Assembly: GCA_017461585.1 (NCBI GenBank)
Contig: JAFTYM010000025.1
Coordinates: 9,686-73,685, forward strand
Direction of reading: 5' to 3'
DNA from: Oscillospiraceae bacterium
GTDB lineage: Bacteria > Bacillota > Clostridia > Oscillospirales > Oscillospiraceae
DNA length: 64,000 bases
The translations under genes and the position numbers were made by a program. A model generated the notes under the pieces. The model did no database searches and had not been told where the DNA came from. It saw only the letters and a program-made list of their open reading frames with translations. This document shows positions 17,197 to 26,200 of this stretch, piece after piece. Numbering within the stretch: position 1 is the stretch's first letter; each line of letters begins with the position of its first letter.

Positions 17197-17658
17197 ATGA
17201 AAGAAAATATTATCAAAGGAGTGTTAACGGCAGCTATGGCTACACTTATGGCGTATCTTGGACATTTGGTGATTCCCATTATCATTCTGGCGGCAGTGAT
17301 GCTGCTTGACTACGGGACCGGCATTGGCAAAGCGTGGGTAGCAGGTGATCTTTCGAGCAAAATCGGTGTCATCGGCATTCTGAAGAAAGTGGGATATCTG
17401 GTTATTGTAGCGGTAGGAATGATCATCGACTGGGTATTACAGGCAGGAATGACTGAATTACACATTGAGTATAACCTTGAATTCTTATTTGCAATGATCG
17501 TTATTATCTGGCTAATACTCAATGAACTGATTTCTATACTGGAGAATGTAGCGGCTATAGGAGTTCCCGTTCCCAAGTGGTTAACTAAAATTATTACCAA
17601 ACTTAAAGATCACACAGAAGAAAAAGCGGGTGCTGAGACATCTGAACAGGAGGAATAG
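17197..17658 (+). CDS. Holin (TcdE / Phage_holin_4_1 type)
   Basis: Multiple TM segments. LLDYGTGIGKAW and NELISILENVAAIGVPVPKWL match the toxin-secretion/phage-lysis holin family. It is directly upstream of the endolysin. Confidence 0.85.
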   Translation: MKENIIKGVLTAAMATLMAYLGHLVIPIIILAAVMLLDYGTGIGKAWVAGDLSSKIGVIGILKKVGYLVIVAVGMIIDWVLQAGMTELHIEYNLEFLFAMIVIIWLILNELISILENVAAIGVPVPKWLTKIITKLKDHTEEKAGAETSEQEE

Positions 17659-17660
17659 CA

Positions 17661-18308
17661 ATGGACATACTCGACGTAGGTTTAAAATTTTCGGGAACGC
17701 TCTCTAAGCGCAGCAAAACAGATGAAATCGTGCTGCATCACGCAGCAGGCAACGGCTCTGTTGAAAGCATCCACAACTGGCACATTAACGGAAACGGATG
17801 GGCGGGAATCGGATACCACTTCTATGTTCGCAAAGATGGTAAAGTGTACAGAGGCAGACCTATTGATACTGTAGGCGCACACGCATACGGAGAAAACGGG
17901 CACACAATCGGCATCTGTTTTGAAGGCAATTTTGAGAGTGAAACAATGAGCGATGCTCAGAAGCAGGCGGGAGCTGAACTTGTAAGCATGCTCAGAAAAG
18001 AGTACCCGTCAATCGTAAAAGTGTCCGGGCATAGAGAACATAACTCAACGGCCTGCCCCGGCAAGAACTTTCCTTTTGAGTATATTGCGGCGGGAGTAAA
18101 GCTTTCTGAACCGGAAGAAGCGCCTGAGGAAACGAGAAATCTTTACCGCGTCAGCAATGAACTCATTGTTGCAGACCCTGCAAAGGTGAAGTACACAGGC
18201 GACGGCGTCTTTACGATCGTTGAAGAAAAGACAGTTAACGGCGTTGTATACGGCAGGCTTAAATCCGGTGCCGGATGGATCAGTCTTGCCGATGCAAAGA
18301 AGGTTTAA
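17661..18308 (+). CDS. Endolysin: N-acetylmuramoyl-L-alanine amidase (Amidase_2/PGRP) with an SH3b-like C-terminus
   Basis: Amidase motifs IVLHHAAG, GIGYHFYV, GAHAYGENGHTIGICFEGNF and SGHREHNSTACPG. C-terminal GRLKSGAGWISL. Confidence 0.9.
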   Translation: MDILDVGLKFSGTLSKRSKTDEIVLHHAAGNGSVESIHNWHINGNGWAGIGYHFYVRKDGKVYRGRPIDTVGAHAYGENGHTIGICFEGNFESETMSDAQKQAGAELVSMLRKEYPSIVKVSGHREHNSTACPGKNFPFEYIAAGVKLSEPEEAPEETRNLYRVSNELIVADPAKVKYTGDGVFTIVEEKTVNGVVYGRLKSGAGWISLADAKKV

Positions 18309-18343
18309 AAACCCCACAGGCTCAACGGAGAGGAGGTGAGCGG

Positions 18344-18763
18344 ATGGAAGTGAGCTGGCTGCTTGGGCTTGTACACGAAAAGCACAGAGATACTGAGCTG
18401 TATAAAGCCCTTGGAGAATTCTATGAAAAGCTGAGCAATGAACTCAAAAAGGAGTTTAAGAAGACATTAAAAAGTGTTGCTCTGATGATAGATCACAAAG
18501 AGGCGCGTGAAATCGTTGCACGAATGGAGCCGCACGGCGAAAAGTGGAATGTTGAAGTTATCAAAAAATACCTTTCAGACAAGGCGGTACATCCCGACAA
18601 AGAGCTGCATTATTACCTGATAATGAATATGGCTTATAACGATTACAAGCATACTGCTGAAAAGTTTGATGTCGACAACACAGACTTTTATTACTGTATT
18701 GCCCATGACTTCATAGAAGATCCTGACGCCAAGGATTTCAAAGTTGAGAAATATTTCATGTAA
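18344..18763 (+). CDS. Hypothetical protein (139 aa from the internal ATG)
   Basis: GGAGGTGAG RBS before the ATG at 18344. The longer track ORF overlaps the endolysin 3' end. No motif recognised. Confidence 0.5.
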   Translation: MEVSWLLGLVHEKHRDTELYKALGEFYEKLSNELKKEFKKTLKSVALMIDHKEAREIVARMEPHGEKWNVEVIKKYLSDKAVHPDKELHYYLIMNMAYNDYKHTAEKFDVDNTDFYYCIAHDFIEDPDAKDFKVEKYFM

Positions 18764-18891
18764 TATGCTGAGAAGCAGAAAGGGTTGAGTCCATTGTTCT
18801 AATTGCCAAATCCCCCGAAAACAAAGTCCGCCAAGCCAACGAGAATATAAATCATTTTATTTAAAAATTATATTTAAGGAGGCTATTTAAT

Positions 18892-19488
18892 ATGTCAGAA
18901 GTTAACTATACAACAAGAGGTCAGGGTAACCTGAACACAGTGCTCGGTGCAATCGGCACCGCAGGCGGAATTCCCGAAATCGTAGGCGGCCTTTTCGGCG
19001 GCATGCGCGGCGGAGGATGGGGCGGTCATGGCAGCTACGGCGGTTATGGTGGCTACGGCATGCATGAACACCTTATCAACAGATATGAAGCGATGCAGCA
19101 GTCCCGCATTGCAGAGCTTGAGTCCGAAGTCAAGCTGAGAGATTCCAATATCTACACAGATAACAAAATGCTTGAGATGTACAAGTATTTTGATGGTGAA
19201 ATCAAGGGAATCAACCAGCAGCTTTGTGCACAGGCTGTTATGAATCAGAAGACAGCGGATTCCTTCGACCTTGTACGCAATGACCTTATGTGCTGCAAGA
19301 AGGAACTGTATTCTGCAATTCACCGCGAGCGTGACGAGCGCAGCTGTGCAGACAATGCAATCGTAAACTACGTCAACGCTACATTCTATCCCAAGATGGT
19401 AGCAGACGTAACAACAGCGGCAACTACAACAGCGCAGCTTCTTTACAATCCGCTTCCTCGCAGCGGATATCGCAACGATCAGTTCTAA
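18892..19488 (+). CDS. Gly/Tyr-rich N-terminus plus predicted helical domain protein; moron-like independent unit
   Basis: Preceded by an AT-rich 128-nt spacer and an AAGGAGG RBS. Followed by a GC hairpin at 19502-19522. N-terminus reads GGLFGGMRGGGWGGHGSYGGYGGYG. Confidence 0.6.
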   Translation: MSEVNYTTRGQGNLNTVLGAIGTAGGIPEIVGGLFGGMRGGGWGGHGSYGGYGGYGMHEHLINRYEAMQQSRIAELESEVKLRDSNIYTDNKMLEMYKYFDGEIKGINQQLCAQAVMNQKTADSFDLVRNDLMCCKKELYSAIHRERDERSCADNAIVNYVNATFYPKMVADVTTAATTTAQLLYNPLPRSGYRNDQF

Positions 19489-19501
19489 CGATAATGAATA
19501 A

Positions 19502-19522
19502 GGGCGGGGAATTTCCCCGCCC
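19502..19522 (+). terminator. GC-rich stem-loop after the 18892-19488 gene (no T-run)
   Basis: GGGCGGGG-aattt-CCCCGCCC. Confidence 0.35.
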
Positions 19523-19550
19523 GGCTTAAAACTTTACAGGAGGTATTTAC

Positions 19551-19901
19551 ATGAAAGTGACGTCAAAAGCAGTTGTAGATGGTTTTGCAGATTATCTGTC
19601 CAAAGAATTAAAACCTCAGTACCCGACAAACACACTCGGTGGTTTTATGATGGGCTTTTCCTCCGGTCTTATCAGACGGAGAGCAGAGATAGTTGCAGCT
19701 AAGCTCATGAGCAATCCGCTCATTTCAACTTTTGTTATAGATGAAGAAGGCATGATAGATCTTGATGAGCTGCTTGAGGCAGCACGGGAAGCAGTTCCCG
19801 ATACGGGACTGATCGTGTCGATACCGCTTTCTGGGGAAGTAACATTCCGTAAGAGTGATGCTGATGTGATTAAGCAGTACATAGAAAGAGCGTCCGGCTA
19901 A
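19551..19901 (+). CDS. Hypothetical virion-module protein (116 aa)
   Basis: AGGAGG RBS. It is the first gene of the post-lysis block. Confidence 0.5.
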   Translation: MKVTSKAVVDGFADYLSKELKPQYPTNTLGGFMMGFSSGLIRRRAEIVAAKLMSNPLISTFVIDEEGMIDLDELLEAAREAVPDTGLIVSIPLSGEVTFRKSDADVIKQYIERASG

Positions 19902-19925
19902 TGCCGGACACATGGAGGCGATATT

Positions 19926-20288
19926 ATGTCTAAAGAAACCAAACTCCCGGAGCTTACGGGTAACGACCATGAGGACGTTGCCCGGCTTTGGGATTTTTTG
20001 TTTAGATACGTAAGCGATGTGAATGCACAGATAAAACTGTCTCGCATCGGATGTAAAAGAGAGACAATTAAATTTTCGTCGGGACGGGGCATTGTCATTT
20101 GTGAAGGTGCGCTGCCCGTCTCTGCTGTAGCTGCTACAAGGAACGGCGGAGGCGGCAGCGGCACATATGCGGTCAGATCTGCAGTATGCATCGAGCCCGG
20201 CGCAGTGAGAATACAGTTAACGGAGAGCTACAGCGGCATTGCCGACATCTCCGTATTTTGGAGCAAGGAGGCAAACGGTAATGTATAA
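19926..20288 (+). CDS. Hypothetical virion-module protein (120 aa)
   Basis: GGAGG RBS. It overlaps the next gene by 8 nt. Confidence 0.5.
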   Translation: MSKETKLPELTGNDHEDVARLWDFLFRYVSDVNAQIKLSRIGCKRETIKFSSGRGIVICEGALPVSAVAATRNGGGGSGTYAVRSAVCIEPGAVRIQLTESYSGIADISVFWSKEANGNV

Positions 20289-22236
20289 ACCGCAAGTACC
20301 ATACACACCGCAGATGTATAAGAACTTTCAGACGAAGTTCGGAGGATATAACCACACGTCCAGCTGCGGTGAGGGTGAAATCTACGACATGAAGAATATC
20401 GGGCATGAGGAATTTCCTGTACTGACGCCCAGAAGAGGAAGAAACACAGCACCTGCTTTTGACAATGGCCGCATATTCCCCGCGTACAGCGCAACGGAAA
20501 TTGTGAGACCGCCCATACTGCAAATATACAGCTTTGATAATGCGTATGTTGTTGAAAAACACGCATCATACTATGAGGGGTTAGGAGTTATATTTGGAAC
20601 TCCGCCATATGTTTTTTGGAAAAATGATGATATAGAAGATTTTGAGCTTAAAAACCTTGGAAACAACTACGATATTGCGCAGTCTATGCACGATTATGCA
20701 AAAGCGGAACGTTTTAACCTTGCCAGTATTAACAAATATATTGCACAGAACTACGGCGATGCCTTCCGAAGAGATTTAAAAGGAATTGTTGAATCTCTGG
20801 ATAAGTTGGAAGCAGCACAGTCGTCAGGTCTCGAAGTGCAAAACGGAGATGTATACGCAGTGCTTGACTTAGAGAACTTTGCGTATGGGCAAAAAGATTT
20901 TGGAGATAACGGTGCATTTGACCAAACAATAGGTATTTATGCCTGCTATTTTTGGAACGGAAGTTCGTGGAGTTTTTTGCCAAACCGAAACGATGTGGGA
21001 ATGCCTGTCAGATCTATGACGTTCAGAAACGGAACTTACCAAGGAGAAGAAGCGGAAGCAAACACAATATACTGCGCAAATGGCTTCCCGGAAGGGATGA
21101 TCGAAGGAGATGGACTTTTGATATCCGGCTGCACAAAGCAGCCTCTTAACAACAAAGCTGTAGTTATAAAAGAAATTTCGGAAGATCGCAAAGAATTGAG
21201 GTTTTATGAAAATACATTTACCCTTGTTAACGATGCTTCGGTAGTTGAAGACGCAGTTACAATTACACGCCCTGCGCCTGAGCTTGACTTCATGTGTCAT
21301 TGCAACAACAGGCTTTTCGGCTGTAAGGGCGACACAATCTACGCATCTAAGCTTGGAGATCCGTATAACTGGAACGTGTTTGAGGGTATATCCACAGACA
21401 GCTACAGCGTTGAGGTTGGCTCCGCAGGCGACTTTACAGCCTGCTGTGCATATGACGGCGATGTGCTGTTTTTCAAAGAGGACAGAATATACAGGCTTAT
21501 GTACACAGACAGATCTCCCGAGAACTGGAGCCTTGTGGAAACCGAAACCTACGGAGTGAAGGCGGGCTGCGACAGAAGCCTCGCCATTGCAGACAGCTGC
21601 CTTTTCTATTATTCCCCCAGGGGGATGATGCGATATACAGGCACGCTGCCCATGAGCGTCAATGACGCTTTCGGTACAGATGAGTATGAGAACGCTGTAG
21701 CGGGAAGCGACGGAAAAGACTATTACGTGTGCCTTACAGATAAAGCGGGTGTGTCAACTCTGTTTGTATTCGACACAACGCACTACATCTGGCTTAAGCA
21801 CGATGAGATAAGAATCATAGGCTTTGCTTATCACAAGGGGGACCTTACAGCTCTTGTGGAAAAAGAAAGCGGAGACACAGAGGTTATCCGCCTCGGTCAG
21901 AAGGTAATGGAAACATCCGCAGAGGATGATTGGTTTGACATGGAGTCGATGATCGAATTCGGAGACACCATGAATGACACCACCAACAAGAAAAACAAGA
22001 TGAACATTTCCGTCGTGGCGGAAGTTCAGCTCATGAGTGAGCTGCGGTTTTATATAAGCTGTGACGGAAACCCGTATGAGTTTTTAGGCGAGATAAAGGG
22101 ACCGAGCACAAAGCAGACGCACAAATTCTCGTATGTGCCCACAAGGTGTGATTACTACAGGCTCAAAGTGGAAGGTAAAGGCTTTTGGAAGATCTACGCG
22201 ATAAGCAACGGTTATTCACCAGGAAGTGATGTATAA
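20281..22236 (+). CDS. Large structural protein with repeated beta-strand-like motifs (possible tail/nozzle protein)
   Basis: The ATG at 20281 follows an AAGGAGG RBS. Blade-like motifs recur (NRLFGCKGDTIYAS; GDVLFFKEDRIYRL; DSCLFYYSPRGMMRY). The function is inferred. Confidence 0.4.
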   Translation: MYKPQVPYTPQMYKNFQTKFGGYNHTSSCGEGEIYDMKNIGHEEFPVLTPRRGRNTAPAFDNGRIFPAYSATEIVRPPILQIYSFDNAYVVEKHASYYEGLGVIFGTPPYVFWKNDDIEDFELKNLGNNYDIAQSMHDYAKAERFNLASINKYIAQNYGDAFRRDLKGIVESLDKLEAAQSSGLEVQNGDVYAVLDLENFAYGQKDFGDNGAFDQTIGIYACYFWNGSSWSFLPNRNDVGMPVRSMTFRNGTYQGEEAEANTIYCANGFPEGMIEGDGLLISGCTKQPLNNKAVVIKEISEDRKELRFYENTFTLVNDASVVEDAVTITRPAPELDFMCHCNNRLFGCKGDTIYASKLGDPYNWNVFEGISTDSYSVEVGSAGDFTACCAYDGDVLFFKEDRIYRLMYTDRSPENWSLVETETYGVKAGCDRSLAIADSCLFYYSPRGMMRYTGTLPMSVNDAFGTDEYENAVAGSDGKDYYVCLTDKAGVSTLFVFDTTHYIWLKHDEIRIIGFAYHKGDLTALVEKESGDTEVIRLGQKVMETSAEDDWFDMESMIEFGDTMNDTTNKKNKMNISVVAEVQLMSELRFYISCDGNPYEFLGEIKGPSTKQTHKFSYVPTRCDYYRLKVEGKGFWKIYAISNGYSPGSDV

Positions 22237-22249
22237 GGAGTGATTAAAA

Positions 22250-23191
22250 ATGACAGAGACAGAAATCAGAAAGCAGATAAATAAAAATCAGGCGCAGTAT
22301 GCAAATGCAAACGACGCCACAAAGGCGCTGCTGCAGTCTAAGAATGAGGCGCTTGCCAAGCAGCTTGACACGCTGACAGGAGGACAGAGTACATATGACG
22401 CAGGCACCGGCACGTGGTCGCTCTCAGGCGGCAGCAGGGACGCTGTAACGCGATATCTTGAGCAGCGTGACATGGTGGCAGGCGGTGCTTACGGCGGGTA
22501 TGACGCCGCAAGTGACCCCGCCTACAGCGCCTTGAAGAAAAGTATCTTACGAGAATCTGACAGATCTGTAGAAGATACGATGGGCGCATATGCAGGCATG
22601 GCAGGCGGTATTCCCTCTACAGCGGCGGTAACTGCGGCGCAGGAGACCGCAAACTACTATAGAGGTCAGCTTGCAGATCAGAAGGTGGCGCTGGGTGAGC
22701 AGGACTACAACAGATGGCTCAATGAAAGAAATGCTGACAGCGAGCTGATGTCTATTTACGCATCTGAGGCGGAAGCCAGTGCGGCGAACCTTGCAGCTCT
22801 CGGCGACTTCTCTGCTATGGGTAAGCTGTACGGATGGAGCGATGCGCAGATGGCAGAAGCGCAGAGACTTTGGCTTGCAGAGCAGGGCGGCTCCGGAGGC
22901 GGCAGCTCAAGTGATGAACTTGACGTACCAGACAATGCATCACTGTTTCCCGCCGGTGTTGTTTCCGCGTTAGGATATGGTACCGGCGGAACAGCCCCCT
23001 ATGGTGTCGCTACAAAACGAGGTGCTGCACAAACTGGAGGCGTAGATGAAGCTGCGGTTTACAGCAGAGTGCAGAATCTTGTTAGCAAAATGACACCTGC
23101 TCAAGCGTGGTCGGTTATAAATGATGGAACGACATTCAAAGGTGCAGAAAAAGATGCTGCAGTACAGATGTATAGAGAACTGTTCAGCTAA
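22250..23191 (+). CDS. Hypothetical protein (313 aa), Ala/Gly-rich; possible internal virion protein
   Basis: AAGGAG RBS. It lies immediately upstream of the giant gene. Confidence 0.45.
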   Translation: MTETEIRKQINKNQAQYANANDATKALLQSKNEALAKQLDTLTGGQSTYDAGTGTWSLSGGSRDAVTRYLEQRDMVAGGAYGGYDAASDPAYSALKKSILRESDRSVEDTMGAYAGMAGGIPSTAAVTAAQETANYYRGQLADQKVALGEQDYNRWLNERNADSELMSIYASEAEASAANLAALGDFSAMGKLYGWSDAQMAEAQRLWLAEQGGSGGGSSSDELDVPDNASLFPAGVVSALGYGTGGTAPYGVATKRGAAQTGGVDEAAVYSRVQNLVSKMTPAQAWSVINDGTTFKGAEKDAAVQMYRELFS

Positions 23192-23204
23192 AGGAGAGAT
23201 ACTC

Positions 23205-26200
23205 ATGGCATACCAGTTATCAAATGAGATAAGAGCGCAGATACATAGCGATGCTGAAAAACTGCGCAACAGAAACGGAAAAAAGCAAAGCAACGGCGAC
23301 ACAACACAAACACGTGCTGTAAACAGAAGCAACACTAAGCAGGGAATAACCACCCCTGCTGTGTCCGTTCGAAGTACAAGCGGATACCAACTGTCTGATG
23401 CCATAAGAGAGCAGATACACCGGGATGCTTTAAAACTGAAGAACAGAGGGCAAACAGACAATGTAGGTGCCGCTGCACTTGACGCATCTACGGGCGGGCA
23501 GACTTTTGCAAGGAAAACAAAGAAAGATACATCTTTTGCTCCAAATCCTTATAAATCGTACAATCAGCCTGCAGCAAGCGGTGAAAAGGGCAGCGGTGCG
23601 CAGATGACAAAGGCATACTCCGACAAACGCCTGCAGGATGAAGCGCTTGCGGTGTTCAAGGAATACGGCGGAAAGTCATATTCTGAGATACAGGAAGCGA
23701 TTGCGCAAAATACCGGCACCGATTATATGTCACAGTACCGCAATCAGGTGCTTGCGCAGATAGGGCAGCAGAACCGCACAAGAGAGGATGTTGAGCGGGA
23801 GATAGCCGAGACTGAGGCGGAACTCCAAATTGCACAGGCCGAGTGGGATGCTTATGCAGAGGAAACAGGATATTCGGCAACCGGCGACAGCCGCGATGGA
23901 TACCAGCAGCACACAAACCGTGTAAACGAGCTTATAAACCGAAAAGAAGCACTACAAGGCGAATTGTGGATGTATGACCAGAACCAGATCTACGCTGCTA
24001 TTCCCGGGTATTCCGACTTTGCAAAGAACAGCGCAGTTAATCCCGACAGCGGAGAATGGGACGATCCTGACTACCGCTACATAAACAACATACAGAGAGA
24101 AGGTACTGTCGCTTCTGAAAACAGAATGGCAGCATATCAGTATATGACCGATGAAGAGGTTGGAATTTACAACTATCTCTACAACGTGTCGGGCAAAGAT
24201 GCTGCAGATAAGTATCTCGACTATCTTGAGTATTCTCTCAACGAAAGAAATCAGCAGGCTATATATGAAAGAACATACGACTTTGCAAACAAAAACCTTG
24301 GAACCAAGATTGCCACATCTGTTGCGTCAATTCCTGCAAATCTCGCATCGGGTGTGGGCTATCTTGATGTTTTAGGACAGCGTGCTCAGAGAGTTATTAC
24401 AGGTTCTGACAAGCCTATTGACTATAACCGCAATGCACAGGGTGCGTACACATTCACACAGGGCGCACGAGAAGGTGCAATGAGCGGAATGTCTGATACG
24501 GGCAAGTTTATTTACAGCACTGCAATGTCTATGGGAGACTCTTTGGGTGTACTGGGCATCAGCCTGCTGACAGGCGGCGGTGCAACACTTCTCTTGGGCG
24601 GCAGCGCTGCTACAAGCACCATGCACGACGCGAAAGCCAACGGAGCCACAGACGGGCAGGCTCTTGCTATGGGGCTTGTGGCGGGTGCTGCGGAAACGAT
24701 TATGGAGCGCCTGCCTCTTGAGCAGCTGCTTAACATCAGCTCTGCATCAGGCTTCAGAGAAATTATTTCAAACATTGTAAAACAGGGCGCAAACGAGGCG
24801 ACAGAAGAAGTGCTGACAACAGTTGTCAATACTGCTGCTGACGTGCTCATCATGGGAGATAAAAATGCGCTGATGCGCAGCTATGAGAATTATCTTGCGC
24901 AGGGATACTCTCCCGAAGAGGCAAAAGCCAAAGCGGGAGGAGAATGGATAAAGGGACTTATGGGAGATGCGCTGGGCGGTTTCTTGTCCGGCGGGCTGTT
25001 TGGCGCAGGCGGTACCGCAGTTAAAAACATTAACCAGTATTCTGACAGAAAAAGCAAGGGTGCGGGAATAAGCACTTCGGAATATACTCTCCCGCTGCTT
25101 ATAGACCATGTCGAGAAAGGCTATACAAATGATGCTACGGGTGAAACTTCACAGTATAGCGAGGAGACAAAGCAGACTGCCGCTGAGATCAAGACGGATC
25201 TGAGTGAGGGCAAAAGTGTCAGCAATGCGAAGAAAGGAAAACTTGCGGAGCAGATTCTGAAGGACAATGCAGACTTTAACAGCAACGTGCTGCCGCAGAT
25301 TCTGCTGGAAGCACAGAACCGCGAGGATGCAGCGGCAAATGCGGAACAGAGTGCCGAAAAAACGGAACAGAACGCTCCGAAACGTAACATTGTTGAAAAA
25401 ATCCGCACACGTCTGCAGCAGAGAAAGGCTGCAAAGACGGAGGGGGCAAAGATTGAACCTGCAGCTGCAAAGATAATGGCAGAGGACGTTGTATCTTCCG
25501 AGAGAGTGTACAGCGAGAAAACAAAAGCCGCTGCACAGAGAATACTGGACAGCGACACTGTAAACGACGCAGATGTGCAGGCTCTTGTCGCCGGCATAAA
25601 GGCTGACAATCCTGAGTTTGGTGAGTATACAGTGCAAGAAATAATCGCAGAAGCTTCTATAGCGGCTCAGGAAGCGGCAGAGACGGAAGGAAGCATACAG
25701 ACATCTGCGGAAACAAAAGCCGCTGCACCGCAAAGCACGGTGCAGCAGAGTACAGACAACGGAGGTAATGCAAATGAGCAGAGAACAGGTAACGCAGGCG
25801 CTGAACAGCGAGCAGCCGAAGGAGACACAGCATCTTCTGGTAGAGGACGAAGACGGTTTTCTGAAACGTATTCCGGCGACGCAGCCCCGGTCAGAAGAGC
25901 CGAGAGAGATGTCCGACGAGCAGAAAGCAGAGCACAAACAGCGAGTGAAAGACAGAATAAAGTCGCTGCTCTTCGCGTAGAGCCTACAAGTGCTGCTTCA
26001 CTTGGTATCGAAGGCGGCAGCGAAGACGCGACGATGTATATTGTTCCTGAGGAAGCCTATGATGAAGAAATGAACGCCGTAAAAGCTGATGCTGAAAAGA
26101 ACGGCATAAGCGTTTCCTATTATACGGGGGCGATGGTTGTCAGCGAGCAGACCGCGGACGGCATGATAGTCGGCGACAAAATGTATTTAAAGGCTGACAG

